Source of the DNA: Fimbriosthenelais zetlandica
Lineage: Eukaryota
Direction of reading: 5' to 3'
DNA: 64,000 bases
Assembly (NCBI GenBank): GCA_977030845.1
Contig: OZ365112.1
Span: 8,246,001-8,310,000, forward strand
The position numbers and the translations under genes were made by a program. The notes under the pieces were generated by a model, which searched no databases, was not told where the DNA came from, and was given only the letters and a program-made list of their open reading frames with translations. Shown in pieces: positions 38,701 through 49,335 of the stretch (within the stretch, counting starts at the first letter, position 1; the number at the start of each line of letters is the position of its first letter).

Positions 38701-41700
38701 GCCCGACTCTTGCTCTGACAAAAAAATGTCTTGATTTTGATGGTTCCTTTCTTGTTACAGCAATAGAAAAGCTAGGTGGGATGTGGAGGAAACTTGTTTT
38801 CATCCCTATGGCCTGCTTGTCTTGAATTGCAGACCAAAACATACAAAGGCATGATTGTCCTTTCTAACAAAAGGGATTTCCCTTTCTAACAAAGGGGACA
38901 TCAGAATTAATTCCATGACTACATGAATTCCACATCCTACATGAGTCCAACATCCTCAGACCAAAATTTTCAGGTAGTAAGAATCCACTAGATGGCATCG
39001 TTGCAGAATTGGCTTGGTGTATCACGAACGTTAAGCATAACTCAAGCTTCCTCCGTGGACCCTTCTCATCGCCAATCTTCCTCACCATAGTCCACGTGCT
39101 GAAGGTGAGATATGCCAACAGTTTAAGGACACCGCCTCCTGCAATGTATATCTCCTTGACCCTGAATATTGAAGGAGGACCTCAACTCCAGGTGGTGTGG
39201 GCGCAAAAGGTCATCTATAGAAGAGTTAAGCTCTGGAGACATCTTCAACAGACACCAAGGAGGAATTTAGCTCAAGTGGAAACTATTGAACAATTACGAT
39301 TTTCACTTTCAAGCGCAATGAAAACAGTATTACAAACAAGATTGGAGTCTTACCCTGAGCAAGCCAATTTCAAATTCAAAACCTAAGCATTTATTTTGTG
39401 TTTAAGAATATCCATAAGGGATAAAGTTTAGGGGAGGGGAGGACTGGGTAGAGTATTGTAAGGATGGTGTGGCGGGTGGGGTGCGTGAGAGAGGAGGGTG
39501 AGGTAAATTAATTGAGTGAAGCTTGAGGGTGATATGGCGGCGAGATAGGACAAGATGGATGACAAAGGAGTGAGGGTTCGTCAGGCATGTATCGATGATC
39601 GCCTGCCTATCTCGCTTCGATTCAATAAACTCACCCTGCCTCTGGACACTTCCCGTCCTCCCCAAGTAGCGCCTTATAAAATACCCCTCCACCAAATAAA
39701 GTTATTCCTCCACCAAAACCGAATGAGGAAATACAGTTAGATTGTGGGAAGAAAAGCTACCATGTTTCCCATTCAATTTGTCAGTTTGTGTCCTTTCAAA
39801 AATGATATGGAAGACCCTTTCTTGGTTGTGTGCAATGGCTGGAAAACGGATTGGGAGGCTCTTTGGTTGGATGGTATAGAACGTGTGATGCGTCAGTAGC
39901 AATTATACTAGCACTAAGTCTACCAAAAGCGATGACGGATGAACCACACAATGTAGTAGACCCAGGCTCCAATACTTTTCCTTCTCCGCCCGCCCCGTCA
40001 ATGTTAAATGGAGTACGATAATAAACTAATTCGAGCAGCAAGAAACTCTCTCACTGCTTGTAATTGAAAACTATTGGAAATACATATGTCATTGCCTTGG
40101 AAATGTGACGTCTTACTGATAAGGCCTTCCCGATGAGCCGGCGTCATTCTTGTCCCGTTCGGCTAAAGGCAGCAAATATTGTGCTTGCAATTAGGCTTGA
40201 GATAGTATGACAGGTTTTTATCAGGAAACACTGTAGGAGGATGGGAAGATTTGGTGTCTGGGGCCTGAGGGGAGACAGGCTCTGAATGTTTTGCGGAATC
40301 GGTGGCGGTGGACAGTTAAGGTGGCCTATTGGATGTGGATCCCAACTAAGAAAGATCTTATCATGCTCTGCTGGATGACCTCCCCAGCTTTGGTTGGCCA
40401 TAAAAAGAAGGGGAAAGGACATGTGGCTTGGGTCGCGGGCATCCCTAACTTACTTAGTTAACTGTTCTTGTAAACAGAGATATAGGCTGGAGTTAAGAGA
40501 AAGTAAGGGTGCCTCTTTAACTGATTTCTTTCGGTGAAATCCAAATTCCAAACAAGCCAAACAAACAACATAAAAGGCCTTTCTTTTGTTACATATCTAT
40601 AAGATTTAAATTCAGATGTTTTAAATCATAACCTGATGTTAAAACTAACCCATTTCCCTTGGGAAATTACTACTGATGTAGGTTATATCAAAGTTTTAAA
40701 GCAAATGACATTTGTGATGCTCATTAGTGTTCAGAACCTATAAATGAACCTGACATTGAATGATGTACATAAATTCAGCAGTTCTCCATGATGCAATGCA
40801 ATTTTCTCAGGACAGAAAGAGTACAAAAAGTTAAGATTGAAGGACAGCTGTATCTGATTGTTTGTACATGGGAAGTTGTTGGGATTGCTGGCGAGTAATT
40901 TAGCCAGGGATGTACACTATATTATCCAGACATCATAGGCCATCCCTCCTGTGTCTTGGCCAATTTGGTGAGACGTCACCCCAAAGTCGGGCCATAGCAG
41001 GACCTATGACACTCCAATTGTCTCCATATTCGTGTAGGGAGGCGTCAGCAAGGACTCCTTAAACAAGCGAGTCCCAATATGTGATTACACTGCCACTCAA
41101 GTGAAAACAGCGCTGTGCTGCCTGAACAAACAACACGCATGCGCAGTTAATGGCAACTCAGGAAGAGGCGTGCCATGTTGAATTCTTTCCTGTCAGGGTC
41201 GCGACATTTGCTGCTGTGATCAGAACCACACGCGTGTCCCACGACTAATAGGTCCACCATTCCCGGGAATTCATAGTCCATAAGATGTTAGAAAATAAAT
41301 ACCCCATCTCCTTTACTACTTGTAATGACCCTCTCCTTGACAGGAGACCAAATAAGACATACATCCTGGGGACGTTATTTTGATTCTCAGCCATACAATG
41401 TACATACTTAAGAGCAGCAGGGTATGGGTGGGTAAAGTTCTGGTTCTTTTGAGAGCAGCTCAATATTACAGTGTCAGTGAGATGTCAGGTCGAGTGGCTC
41501 ACGCCAGCTCGTCTGTCAGGGGTTGGGAGTCAGTCACCCACTATTTGTCACCGACTGTCCACCTCACATGCATGTCGTGTGTTTATTCTCTTGTCTTTCT
41601 CTGCCTTTCAGGTGCTGGATCGCGTGGCAGTATATATGGCTCTTCCTCGGCCCCGCCATAGGCATTATATCGGTGAGTAAACTGCGTCCCCTTGATCGAG

Positions 41701-44052
41701 TGTCACTGTGGGTGACTTTTTATAACTTCTTCTAATAGAGGTTACTTTAGGCTGCCATGCTCAGGCCAGAGATCGGGGGGACCATTAAGACAACATAAGA
41801 CAGACCAGCGATAGTAATATGTCCATGCCGTGTCAGGAGTGACACTTGAAAACCTTGGGAAGGCAGGATAGATTGGTGCGACAGCAAAAGGCATGGCAGG
41901 ACTGGCCAGAATTAATTAGACCCCCTGACCCAAATCTCTTTAGCTATAAGAATACCACATCAACAGTAAAGAAAACTTCTACTTTTAAGGCCCGAAGGGA
42001 ACTTTTCAAGACCGTGATGTAGAATTTGATATCTCCTCATGTCACTTTGGTGACCAAAGAGAAATAAAAGAAGATTTAGCACAAGAAAGAGGAACTCAAG
42101 TCTCGGTGTAATTTTGTGTTAATTTCCACATTACAGGTGACCGTTTTGGTGCTTATTTTCACCGCCAAAGAACACCACGAGAGCTCGTACTCCAAAAATG
42201 AACAGACTAACAAGATGATTCTGTAAGTATCTAATGCAAATGGATGAATACAACATTAATATCTATGGATTCAGCATAAGTAAGCAGGTTTGATTCTCTA
42301 AAAATGATGACCACCACATAGTGTAGTAGCACATTGTCTCTTAAATGTGGCGATCCAAGTTCGAATGGGACACAATCCAGCCGCCTCGCCAGAGAGTCTA
42401 CTTGGGAATGGAAGACATTGTTTAATTTCTTACTCATGGCCACTAACAGTCTTTAACACTCGATCATAGCTGTCTGGATGGACATTAATCTCTCCTTACA
42501 TCAAACATCAATCACTTTTATCATTCATTCCATCTTGACAGTGGCATTCTGAAGTATTTGATCCAAGAATGGCTCTTGTTTGCATAGAAAACTAGGCAAT
42601 GGGGTGTACCGTTCATCTAAAGAAATCATTGTTTAACAGAGACAACTGCTGAAAAACTTAAAATACATGCACTAATATTTTACTATAATTTTATCACTTA
42701 ATGCACCCCAAAAAGAGTTGAAACTTTCCTGATATCATCATTTCCTTAAATGTAGAAAAATTATTAAGGCCGCATCTCAAGTGAATGTTTACATCTTCCG
42801 ATTTCAATCAGTTTTCATGTCAATGCATGTAAACACATTTAATCCCTAAGGCCCTTTTAGAACAGTACACCCCCTCATACATATTGATATCTATACGATT
42901 ATGGCCCACAACATTAACACAGCCACCGTTAATGAAATCAAGTGCTGGTGGTTTATGTAATTTAGAAGATGCATTCACCGGCGGAGACAGCTATTAAGAC
43001 AACCAGAACGCGGTGCAAATTCAATAATTAAAAGTTGGAGTGATTTCCATCAATTCTAATTCAAGTCACATCACTGATCAAATGTCAACAACTCGCAGAG
43101 GGCTAGTGTTTGAACAGCTAATGCAAGGATGGGGAATTCCTATTGGATTAAAGTGCCAGTATGAGGCTGGGACTTGCTAAAACATGTCAGACAATGATGT
43201 GCTTCCATGGAAACCTCCTGTAACCTTAGCAACCGGTCTGATCCACAGATGGCTGGGAATGGACAGGCAGGCCAAATTAATTTACACTATGTGGTCTGGT
43301 GGCTTGGTGTCCATATTGACTTTACTCAACCAAGTGGTGAAAAGTGCAGCAAACTTGTGCTCTTCATCTCCCGCTGTGGTGTTAATCACATTGATTGGGA
43401 TTCATAGATTCTGAATTAAATTGGATTATATGATGTTTCTCATCAAATACTCCTGGTTTGTTTAAAGAAAAATGAATTATAAACTGATGCTCATTATGAA
43501 GTACATAGGGTGTGCTCTGATAGATAATACTATGTAGAGTTTATGAATATCTTAATCATTCAACTACAAGATCATCCAGAGCCTTTTCGGTGTTCTCATA
43601 TTATATAAATCATAGCCTATCATTTTCACTTTTTTCAGAATACATTCTAAAGCTCTATGGACGCAGGCTATTCTCCTGACTGTCTGTTGGTCCTTTGCCT
43701 TTCTAACGCTAAAGATGCGAGGGATAATCATCAAGTATTTATATGCCTTATTCAACATTCTACAGGTAGGTCCAATTCCAGACAGTTCCGCAAATCTAAT
43801 CTTTTCTTCATCAGCTTTCCGAAGAGGGATTAAAAATTATATCATCTATTTAGCAAGATAAGTTTGTTTCATCCTCGAAAACGACTTTATCCTGAATATC
43901 ATTTTACTACTTTCTCTGTCGACTTGAATCATAATGCTTTATCATTTGTTAAATGTCACTGTCTGCGCTTTAGACAACTGAATTACAAGATGATGTATAT
44001 CTTCTTTCAGGGTGCTTTCTTCCTAGTATTCTATTTTCTACTTAATGACGAG
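14616..44052 (+). CDS. Multi-exon adhesion GPCR gene (pentraxin-HRM-GAIN/GPS-7TM; ADGRD/ADGRG-type architecture), 5' and 3' ends not placed
   Basis: 23 exons joined with AG/GT(GC) boundaries and matching phases give one uninterrupted 931-codon frame. It contains PTX motifs (FTIALWLK, WLHLALTW, GGGEMLLGQ), HRM (W..TP...A..PCP, W......C), GAIN (FTGLLFP, VNSPIAS, NLTNPIVI), GPS (W..DGC...TCEC) and 7TM motifs (SYIGCALS, IHKN, HYFFL..F.W..E, GW, CW, QG.F...Y.LLN.E). Orthology not determinable without a search. Confidence 0.93.
16420..16555 (+). CDS. aGPCR exon 2: pentraxin
   Basis: GGVANLLRIDSGPYLRFKIHGAEVNTNYKLGRSSWLHLALTWGST (W.H...TW.S motif). Donor G/GTAAG, phase 0 to 1. Not in the ORF track (no start codon). 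Confidence 0.88.
18643..18773 (+). CDS. aGPCR exon 3: pentraxin
   Basis: DGRWHLYINAGTTFDLQGRAREAQTAIPGGGEMLLGQASRTPQR (G.W.LY.N, GG...LGQ). Acceptor gtgttgttag, donor /GTAACT, phase 1 to 0. Confidence 0.9.
18889..19033. mobile_element. Small MITE-like element (GGATGC/GCATCC modules)
   Basis: Ends gctagaatgtgcggatgtggatg and catcggcatccgcacatacggaatcctagc are imperfect inverted repeats. Internal direct repeat catccgcacata(t/c)ggaatc. Confidence 0.65.
19708..19909 (+). CDS. aGPCR exon 4: pentraxin C-part
   Basis: EAAFDASLAFMGEMGFVNIWHHKMSNTEIGDLVKDCSFMQCGNAVEWADF...PSFIM (F.G....N.W...M...EI, C....GN...W). Donor G/GTAAGT. Confidence 0.9.
20014..20082 (+). CDS. aGPCR exon 5: short Cys-rich linker
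   Basis: GAQPCFNEKDAGITCDKYCSHVI. 69 nt, phase 1-1, acceptor attgttatag, donor G/GTAAGT. Confidence 0.8.
21111..21224 (+). CDS. aGPCR exon 6: HRM domain N-part
   Basis: GAQCNAEIVENVEWARTPADETASVPCPGRTFAEGDVI (C......W..T....A..PCP). Strong pyrimidine acceptor, phase 1-1. Confidence 0.9.
23573..23679 (+). CDS. aGPCR exon 7: HRM domain C-part
   Basis: VYANRSCTRTANNDGKWEDPVMDDCVSQKELEMRKT (A.R.C....G.W..P....C.S). Phase 1 to 0. Confidence 0.88.
24481..24633 (+). CDS. aGPCR exon 8: GAIN subdomain A
   Basis: IRDFAAKEEVNSTEVLELAKDLMNRTATEQYWNPVDIATVIDSLSSLLEAQ, helical with a DI...I..L motif. Acceptor ctctgtctag, donor CAG/GTAATC. Confidence 0.87.
25169..25279 (+). CDS. aGPCR exon 9: GAIN-A loop with basic cluster
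   Basis: GKAINDISSGNRSGGPQRHTRKQQQHPFLGEVQSFAK. 111 nt, phase 0-0, donor AAG/GTAGGT. Confidence 0.75.
25651..25858 (+). CDS. aGPCR exon 10: GAIN-A helices
   Basis: VVSAVLDYLVTDRNSPGW...LVMVLEEFLGFLYQ...SAFRGRL (VV...L......W, L...LE.F). Phase 0 to 1. Confidence 0.87.
26253..26405 (+). CDS. aGPCR exon 11: GAIN subdomain B
   Basis: AFRTKSYRTTMFTGLLFPGETEPPFRTGRRKGFIEISAKTISEFNNTTALP (F.FP, I.I motifs). Phase 1-1, donor G/GTTAGT. Confidence 0.82.
26565..26631 (+). CDS. aGPCR exon 12: GAIN-B
   Basis: DIIGISTALYSAAKTLPNHDIS (..LY.....LP). Acceptor ctccttttcag, donor AG/GTATGT, phase 1 to 2. Confidence 0.85.
26740..26869 (+). CDS. aGPCR exon 13: GAIN-B
   Basis: RKSKEDNVNSPIASVIFHFEDGLPVENNVINLTNPIVIRLPYVN (VNS.I.S, NL..P..I.L). 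Donor /GTAAGT, phase 2 to 0. Confidence 0.9.
27169..27218 (+). CDS. aGPCR exon 14: first GPS cysteine
   Basis: TFNISNPECVRLVHSN (N..P.CV). Acceptor cttccttacag, donor /GTAAGT, phase 0 to 2. Confidence 0.85.
28757..28997 (+). CDS. aGPCR exon 15: GPS motif with insertion
   Basis: TSSTRVYSKE...VTWHWSRDGCRYIDGTTRYATCECYRTGVYAVTTDMYDVN. Acceptor catttttag (an in-phase alternative AG at 28768 also exists), donor /GTAAGT. Confidence 0.9.
31795..31904 (+). CDS. aGPCR exon 16: TM1
   Basis: WDRGEEPNILMEVPSYIGCALSALLCLTTVVMLIYL (SYIGC.LS). Donor AG/GTAAGT, phase 0 to 2. Confidence 0.92.
32295..32394 (+). CDS. aGPCR exon 17: ICL1-TM2
   Basis: RTSSKTAAIHKNFAMAIICSQVTFMGGIDKFKYV (IHKN, GID). Donor /GTGAGT. 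Confidence 0.92.
32512..32680 (+). CDS. aGPCR exon 18: TM3-ICL2-TM4 start
   Basis: VLCHAFAVTFHYFFLATFSWLMNEAFNLYIVITYAAHAHGEHHEGGSQWRYYILGW. Donor A/GTAAGT, phase 0 to 1. Confidence 0.93.
32724..32900. mobile_element. MITE with ~42-bp imperfect terminal inverted repeats
   Basis: ctccactgctgcgattgcgcttcggacactattacgacaaag (32731-32772) pairs in inversion with ctttgtcgcagtagtgtcgcaagcaatatcgcagcagtggag (32854-32895). Confidence 0.75.
33683..33749 (+). CDS. aGPCR exon 19: TM4-ECL2
   Basis: ILPGVLVGAFVGTHTDDYYAPD. Acceptor ctttgttgcag, donor AT/GTAAGT, phase 1 to 2. Confidence 0.9.
33849..33997 (-). CDS. Putative terminal exon of the same antisense gene
   Basis: Minus-strand acceptor atattatttcag. 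Phase-1 entry gives (G)RHDLMQVAGAAIACDTAANNVLYCGAMGASDWRAAGWQNEISPDAYSR then TGA TAG. GC-rich, codon-like patch within AT-richer intron. Confidence 0.4.
34290..34510. promoter_or_regulatory. Intronic CpG-rich motif island adjacent to the putative antisense exon
   Basis: GTCACGTGG at 34438-34446, CAGATGGC, CACGTA cores, gcgcgccc. AATATGGCGG (YY1-like) at ~34005-34014. Confidence 0.35.
36297..36360 (-). CDS. Putative internal exon of an unidentified antisense gene nested in aGPCR intron 19
   Basis: Minus-strand acceptor tttcattttgttatctgcag and donor GATG/GTAAGTG. 64 nt with one open frame, VVLHWRNKQNQQRKDRIHVTD (phase 0 to 1). Confidence 0.45.
38859..38902. repeat. 22-bp tandem duplication
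   Basis: cctttctaacaaaagggatttc followed directly by cctttctaacaaaggggacatc. Confidence 0.85.
39140..39260 (+). mobile_element. Possible decayed Penelope-like (GIY-YIG end) fragment
   Basis: Peptide MYISLTLNIEGGPQLQVVW loosely resembles the IYI...P.LN.DGG...L..VW motif I recall from Penelope endonuclease C-termini. No upstream RT recognisable. Confidence 0.2.
41612..41672 (+). CDS. aGPCR exon 20: ECL2 CW motif-TM5
   Basis: MCWIAWQYIWLFLGPAIGIIS (CW.....W.F.GP). Long pyrimidine acceptor, donor /GTGAGT. Confidence 0.92.
42137..42222 (+). CDS. aGPCR exon 21: TM5 end-ICL3
   Basis: VTVLVLIFTAKEHHESSYSKNEQTNKMI. Donor CT/GTAAGT, phase 0 to 2. Confidence 0.87.
43639..43765 (+). CDS. aGPCR exon 22: TM6-TM7
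   Basis: LIHSKALWTQAILLTVCWSFAFLTLKMRGIIIKYLYALFNILQ (YL...FN.LQ). Acceptor ttcacttttttcag, donor CAG/GTAGGT. Confidence 0.92.
44011..44052 (+). CDS. aGPCR exon 23: TM7 end
   Basis: GAFFLVFYFLLNDE (QG.F...Y.LLN.E). Acceptor cttctttcag, donor GAG/GTGAGT. Confidence 0.92.
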
Positions 44053-47000
44053 GTGAGTACTTTTGACCTTTTCTATTCCTCCGGCAAACTCTCAGATTGT
44101 AAGCTCAATGTTTCAGATGTGACTTCAAGCCATGTTTCATCCCGATTTCTCTCATTTTCTGACTCGGGAACATCTCCCGGGTTCATAATGCCTGCCGCCA
44201 ACCTTCAATTGCATATAGTATTCAGTCTCCCGCTCTCCTGGCCTGTCTCAAGGCGGAGTGAGCAGATTTGAGATGCTGAGTCAATAGACTTTTCACTTAC
44301 TTGACTGGGGTACTACATCAAAAGTTTGGACGGGCCCCAGGGAGTTCCAGCATCAATGTATACATGGGCTCACTAAAGGGTCCGCAAGGCGCACTCCTCC
44401 AAGTGCCTACTGGTCGGGATGAGTGGGTCCCTCCGAGATATTTCCCTCCCGAATTGCCATCACTTACGATAGAAGATGCATTCGGAGGGCATAACCTACA
44501 ACCGTTGGGATTTGCAAATGAGATTCATTGTGTGTCCGGCGACTATATGCTGCGCTTTACGACGGGTTTTAATATCAGGCAACGGGCAAAGATCACAGCT
44601 GGTGCAAATAGCCTTTAAATATTTGCTACTCGGCATGCGCGGGGAAGGCGATGGGCGATATATTACTGTCGCTGGGCCTGACGCCCGCTGTATTCAGGCT
44701 TGATCACCTGTGTCCGGGTGTATTACCCACAAAATTGAATCCACACTTGCTGGCTCCCCCGAGTTCGTGTCATTCATGAGTAGCCCTCGGCTGACGGATT
44801 TGTTTTCTCATGTTTGCCAATTGGTGGCGGTATTAGTCGGTGGAGCTACTTGGCCCCCTGGAGGGGTAGAGTAGGAGAGGTGCCTTCTACTGCCCCTACC
44901 CCTCACCAGTAGACCCTTGGACTAGGGTCAGGAGAAATAAATGGCCTGAGGTCGCACTATTGTTTTATCAGTGCGCATCCATTCTGCGGGAGAGTATGGA
45001 TGGAGGCGGGAGACGGGCGGGGGATCTGATGGTGGCGGCTGGCCTACAATATTGACACATCCCACTCCCATCCTTAAACTCACCAATCAGCTACCTCAAC
45101 TCAAAATAAAACCACAAATACAAACAAAACCGTCTATTAACTTTATAAAATACATTTCAAGTATTATCAAGGTTTCTTGATATTAATAAAGAACCAAGGT
45201 TAATTATAGTGAATTTTAAAGTTGTCGCTGAATGTTGGTTGTCGCACCAATCTGGTTAAGCTGAATCATGTGCCCACGTCTGCATTTCCGGGGGGGGGGG
45301 GTGAGGCGGTGAGATGCGTTTAGCCTATTATGACCTATTGACAGCTATCAAGGATGAAGCAAGGCAAGTCGATAGTGGTATAGAGTTCACACGAGCCCTC
45401 TATTGGTTTGGTGGCAGGGTCTCAACTCTAATCCGTCACGGGATAATGGGTGGTGGGGAGGATGGTAGGGACCTGCTTTACGCTCATATTACCCGAGGAT
45501 GGACATGCGACGCACGGTTCAGCACGATAAAACAAGGCCTTGCCGGCACATTTCACACATCAGAATTAATCAACAAACGCCACCCCACCGATCGACGCCC
45601 GTGCCAGTCACCCCGAGTTTCCTGCCGAGAGTCAGATAGCGCCAGAGAAGCTGGTGACGCCAGAAAATTACTCACAAATTCCATATTTCATGCAAGCCTG
45701 CAGAAGGTACTCAATATGGATAGGTCTCTGTCACCTTATTTTAGCCATAAAAATCGACAAGACATGCCTATAAACTCAAGGGGTAACCAGGGTGGAAAAA
45801 CTGAGGAGGAAGAAAAATATGCCAAATCCATGCATGAAATAGGCTTATTTGTTCTATTATATCATTGGCCTTTTCCCAAAACTCATAAAGGGATTTTTCA
45901 TTAAAGGTTTGACTTTTAAATGTCTTGAGATTTATCACAACAACTGATGTCTAAATCAGATTACTGATACCAGGTTGCATGATTATTCACTGGAATCTTT
46001 TTAGCTGCTTGTATATCAGTCTTTCCGTCAAGAGGAAATGAAAATTTTCTATAAAAAAAAATCTAATCTGATATAACAGTAAATTGTCCAACCCAGGAAC
46101 CCATGAGATAGTCTACCCCCTGCCTGACTTCATTCAAGCCGGTCCCTGGGGGAGTAAGTGTGATTAACAGACATGGGGAAATGATGATACATGGAGATCA
46201 ATCCCCATCCTGGCTGGTCGGGTGAGAAGCAATAATTAGAAGTGAGCCAGTATAGGTATGCGTCTACAGACGCTGTGGGGTCTGGGGTGACTGAGATGGC
46301 AGCAATATGGACCCTGCTGGCCACTCCAGGGCAGGGCCACTAATCCACACACATACAATATTGGTATCAGGAATGCACATCCAGGACCCCTGGGGATTGC
46401 TGGAGATCCCTACCCCAGAAGATGAATACCTCCATACATATCAATGCCCCGGCATGATCATTCCTTCATTTTCTCATTCCCACATTTCCTCGTTCATCCA
46501 TGAATCACCCACACGGTGAAGCTTAATCTGGTTGTCTCTTTTCTACTCGCGCTAGCTCTCCCCCCATTTGAAAAATCAAGTCTGATCATCAACTGCCATC
46601 ATGGAGTGGAGAGATGCATGGCAATTGAACTCGCCCCATGCTGAGCCCCAGAAGTGGAAGCGCTCCAGCGGAACCAGCGCTCGGTGCAGAAATATTGAAA
46701 CAATCCGCACTCTCACAGTTAATGAAAAATAAAATGTGCATGAATGCAATTAGCCTCCGGCAGCGAGCGGGAATGATTTGAATGATCCGAGTTGCTCGGG
46801 TGAGCGACTCGCAATGTGGAGGGAGGATGAGCTGCTGTCGTTACGCCTGGCTCGCATGCGATGCTGCCTTCAATATCACTCAGCCATGAGGCGGGCTGTC
46901 GAGCTCACCACCAACATCACAAGCCCAGTATTACCCTCATCTTTCCTCCTGAAATTGATATATTCCACTCGAGGTGATCCGATGTGGCTTTTTGGGGGGT

Positions 47001-49099
47001 TTGATTTACGTAGTCAATTGCTTTGATTTGGTTATGGCGGCAGTGGGGTTGGCCTGAGAAAGAGAAGGGGGAAGTCTTGATGCCACGACTCAGTCACCGA
47101 CATAACCAATGACGATTCACGACCAAAGAAAATATTGAATATGATTCCTTAGATTGGCCGCCTGACAGTCAGATATGGAGATGGTTTGTTTTTGAGCCTG
47201 TCTTCTGCTGAATTGTGCACTTCAAAAAACCGAGATCCAACAGCCCATGCCAAGCGGACGGCGCAGGCAAGCAGGCTCTCAAAGACAAGATTACATAAAG
47301 CAATCGAAGGTGGCACTTGTTGGTGATGTCAACCTTCAACAAAATCACTCAACCTTGATTTACACTCTTGAGATAAGAACCTTTGCTTACTGCTTTGAAG
47401 TTGAAGAGTCTTGCTTTTTTCTATGGCTCTGCAATAACTTTAGAATCAATGGAGTTGGAAGGGTGAATAACTGTTGTCACATGTGTATAGGTCTGCACAT
47501 CTTATTCTTGTATGTGCAGTTTATGACGATTTTGGCTCATTTTATTACATATTTTGTAAATGTTTTACAGTTAAGAAACACTTTGGAACTACTAACCGTC
47601 ATTATCAGAGCATGCAACATTCACAAACTTCTGAAGCCAATGGTAGGATTGAAGGGCAAAGTTGACATTGGGAGGTCAATGGGATCTCATACTTGGACAT
47701 GGTTTTATGGGAAGTCACCCTTGTAAATAAGAGTCCATGGATTCTATTTCAATAGAAATTGCTTTATGTATAAGATTCTGTGCAGCCGGGATGGCAGCTC
47801 TGGTTGACTGTTAACCAAGCAGGACCTGATTGTAAAGCACGAGGTTCACAAGGCAATTCCTTAGGGTGCAAGTGAAGGCAATCCCTGATTATGAGGCCCT
47901 TAGTCAATCTGATAACACATCAGTGTCTTTGCTCTCTTGTGGCAAGGGTTGTGTCATCCCGACAACTGACAAAGTGGAGTTTATGTCAACAGCGATTTAC
48001 ATCCCTGGTTCCCAGCAGGCGACTGTGGGAGGATCATTGGGGTACTAAACGAACGAACCGCCAGTCTTGGGCTGAGGTTATTATCTCCAAAGAGCAGAGG
48101 TGAGAAGAGAGGGTGGTGGTTGGCTCTGTAGGGACAGTCAACATGCCTGTGATGAAGCCTGCAATCTGACAGGTCCATGAATACAATATAGCCCGGATCC
48201 TCCATACCCACTAGCTATTGTTGATGTGTGAGCATCGACTAAAGGACACCACTGAAAGCCCAGCAATTCTAAGCTGCTCTGGAGATCTCATCACTATCCA
48301 TCTCAGGGGCTAAACCTCGGGTCCTACCCACTCACCTGCCCCCTAAATGCTCCCCTGCCTGGACCCGGGTTAGGTTTGGCCATTCAACTAACATCATTCA
48401 CTGGGCATCAGTCAAACAGACTCCAACCTTCAGCCATGTTGCTTTTAAAAGATGGCCGCCTCTTCTTGCTGATAGGATCAGGGTATGGAGGCTACTTAGG
48501 TCCATTTGCGAGCTTTCCAGAGAGACTTCCTATCTCCTGCTGGTCTGTACAGTATAAGCCCATTGGGACGGCTTGGGACGGTCTTGAAATTATATTATCA
48601 TAATATAAAATCCATTGATTCAATACTGTTTTACAAATTTACATAACCCTTTATTGAACATAGGCCCTATTAAGATATCTTAATCAGGACAAACATTCAA
48701 CTCTTGGGTTATGAAATTGCAAACATTATGTCTCATTTCCCCAATCAGAAAAAATGGTATAATGGTTAGCAAGATGGATGGATGAATATGAATTTAACGC
48801 CTTGTCAGCTGTTATGGTTATCTTCATGGTGATGGTTAGCTAGAACATAGTAGTGAAATAGGATGGACCTGAAAACCTGTGAAATATTCACAAGAAGGCT
48901 TATCCTGCAGCCATCTCCGTGTATGAGGTGGGAATGAGAGGCTTTATCATAGCATATCTCTATATAATGTAATACATTACATCTCTGTGACAGCCCCATT
49001 TTGACTACTATCTTATGGCAGCTCCAGGTACTTCCATAGATCCACCACCGTGAAATAACTTCACAGCACAAAACCAACTCTTCTCTGACATCGCTCGGC

Positions 49100-49335
49100 C
49101 CGGGGCTTACTGTCCATGTGACCAGTGACGTCACCTTAGCAGCACGGATCAGCGCTGCCCTCTGGGGGCGGTCACTTCCGGTCGACCATGGCCGCCCTCT
49201 AGTGTCGTGCATGTCACGTGGCCAAGGCCTCCATGTCACGTGATGGATGGTTTTGGCGGGAAACGTCATAAAACGTCACGGGTTCCAGCGGTCGCGTCCG
49301 GCCAAAGGTGACATGCTCGGTGTGACGTGACAAAT
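49100..49335. promoter_or_regulatory. TF-motif-dense, CpG-rich promoter/enhancer-like island
   Basis: GTGACGTCAC (CRE, 49125-49134), two CTCF-like motifs, CACTTCCGG (ETS), CATGGCCGCC (YY1-like), two GTCACGTG (USF/E-box, 49213 and 49235) and TTTTGGCGGGAAA (E2F, 49251-49263). Confidence 0.6.

Noticed and set aside
45314-45904. Longest ORF downstream of the gene (196 aa)
   Set aside because: No domain recognised, no good acceptor linking it to exon 23, AT-rich non-coding-like tail.
46909-47053. Two tiny phase-compatible minus-strand exons (ANPTAAITKSKQLT / RKDEGNTGLVMLV) as upstream exons of the nested gene
   Set aside because: One weak acceptor, a 61-nt intron and an unconvincing peptide. Such chains are easy to build by chance.
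47247-47726. 159-aa ORF; overlapping frame faintly like a retroviral integrase (NG..E)
   Set aside because: No DDE context. Only the 72-nt internal segment is retained, as a weak tail-exon candidate.
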